Below, piece by piece: positions 63,501 to 64,000 of a DNA stretch of 64,000 nucleotides. Source of the DNA: an uncultured Chloroflexia bacterium (GTDB lineage: Bacteria; Chloroflexota; Limnocylindria; Limnocylindrales; CSP1-4). The translations under genes and the position numbers were made by a program. The stretch covers positions 640,001 to 704,000 of the forward strand of contig CAVXPZ010000001.1 in NCBI GenBank assembly GCA_963763775.1, given 5' to 3'. Position 1 is the stretch's first letter; each line of letters opens with the position of its first letter. Under the pieces are notes generated by a model. It was not told the origin of the DNA and made no database searches. It saw only the letters and a program-made list of their open reading frames with translations.

Positions 63501-64000
63501 TTATAGGCTGCGGTCCGCTCGACCCGTCACCATCTCGCCCACCTCCGCGAACGGCATCGCCTCGAAGACCAGGCGGCTCCATGTCTCCAGGCGGTCGACG
63601 ACGGCCCCGACCTCGTCGACGGAGGCGAATCCGCCCTCGAGCTTGTCCGTCTCGCGAACGGTCACGGGCCGCCCGCCGGCATCGGCCACGTAGACGGCAC
63701 CGAGGTGCACCGAGCCGACCTCGGTCGTGTCGTCGTTGAGGAGCGCGACGAGGTGGAACGCCGGCTCGAAGCCTGCCACCAGCTCCTCGGCCCACTCGCG
63801 GCGAAGGCCGCCAAGCAGGTCGCCGTCCCCCGGATTGAGGTGGCCGCCAACGCCGATCGAGTACCGGTCGTGGAGGCGCGCATCGGCGCCGGCGCGCGTC
63901 CGTCGCATCAGGAAGATCCGATCGCCGTCACGGAGCACGAGGTACGGGATGACCTGCTTGTGGCCCGGGTCGACCTCCATGGCCCCGCGCGGCTCGAAGC
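63501..64000 (-). CDS. Predicted NUDIX-family phosphoesterase (start outside window)
   Basis: KQVIPY..RLHDRYSIGVGGHLN..REWAEEL..VGSVHLG..ETWSR. Confidence 0.75.
   Translation of the reverse strand, partial: FEPRGAMEVDPGHKQVIPYLVLRDGDRIFLMRRTRAGADARLHDRYSIGVGGHLNPGDGDLLGGLRREWAEELVAGFEPAFHLVALLNDDTTEVGSVHLGAVYVADAGGRPVTVRETDKLEGGFASVDEVGAVVDRLETWSRLVFEAMPFAEVGEMVTGRADRSL

Overview
A very GC-rich bacterial chromosomal segment of mostly housekeeping genes, almost all on the minus strand. Gene order and family content suggest Chloroflexota, possibly Limnocylindria-like (inference only). In transcription order (right to left): NUDIX-like, receiver-CpaE ATPase, comM, dprA, Ig/CAP surface protein, topA-xerC-murJ-fem-fem-murE, rel, hisS, aspS, typA, iscS-mnmA, alaS-[FtsA-like]-[baseplate-J-like membrane protein]-yqgF-mltG-pepQ, efp, xseAB, dxs, ZIP, tlyA-nadK-recN-xerD, scpAB-rluB-cmk-plsC-ispH-der-gpsA. 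About 15 genes, several of them essential, carry single-base frameshifts, most likely long-read assembly errors. I saw no rRNA, tRNA, CRISPR array, transposase or prophage. Best candidates for undescribed biology: (1) an ftsZ-unlinked FtsA-type actin ATPase coupled to a bitopic membrane protein with a phage baseplate-J-like ectodomain, inside the alaS-yqgF-mltG operon; (2) a dispersed non-coding element of two palindromic YAGGAA-N5-YTCCTA boxes exactly 146 bp apart around unrelated 129-bp spacers, found twice; (3) four helically phased 11-bp repeats in the comM-dprA promoter. Also notable: an EF-P with a KMGRG tip, many apparently leaderless promoters, and several unannotated small ORFs.
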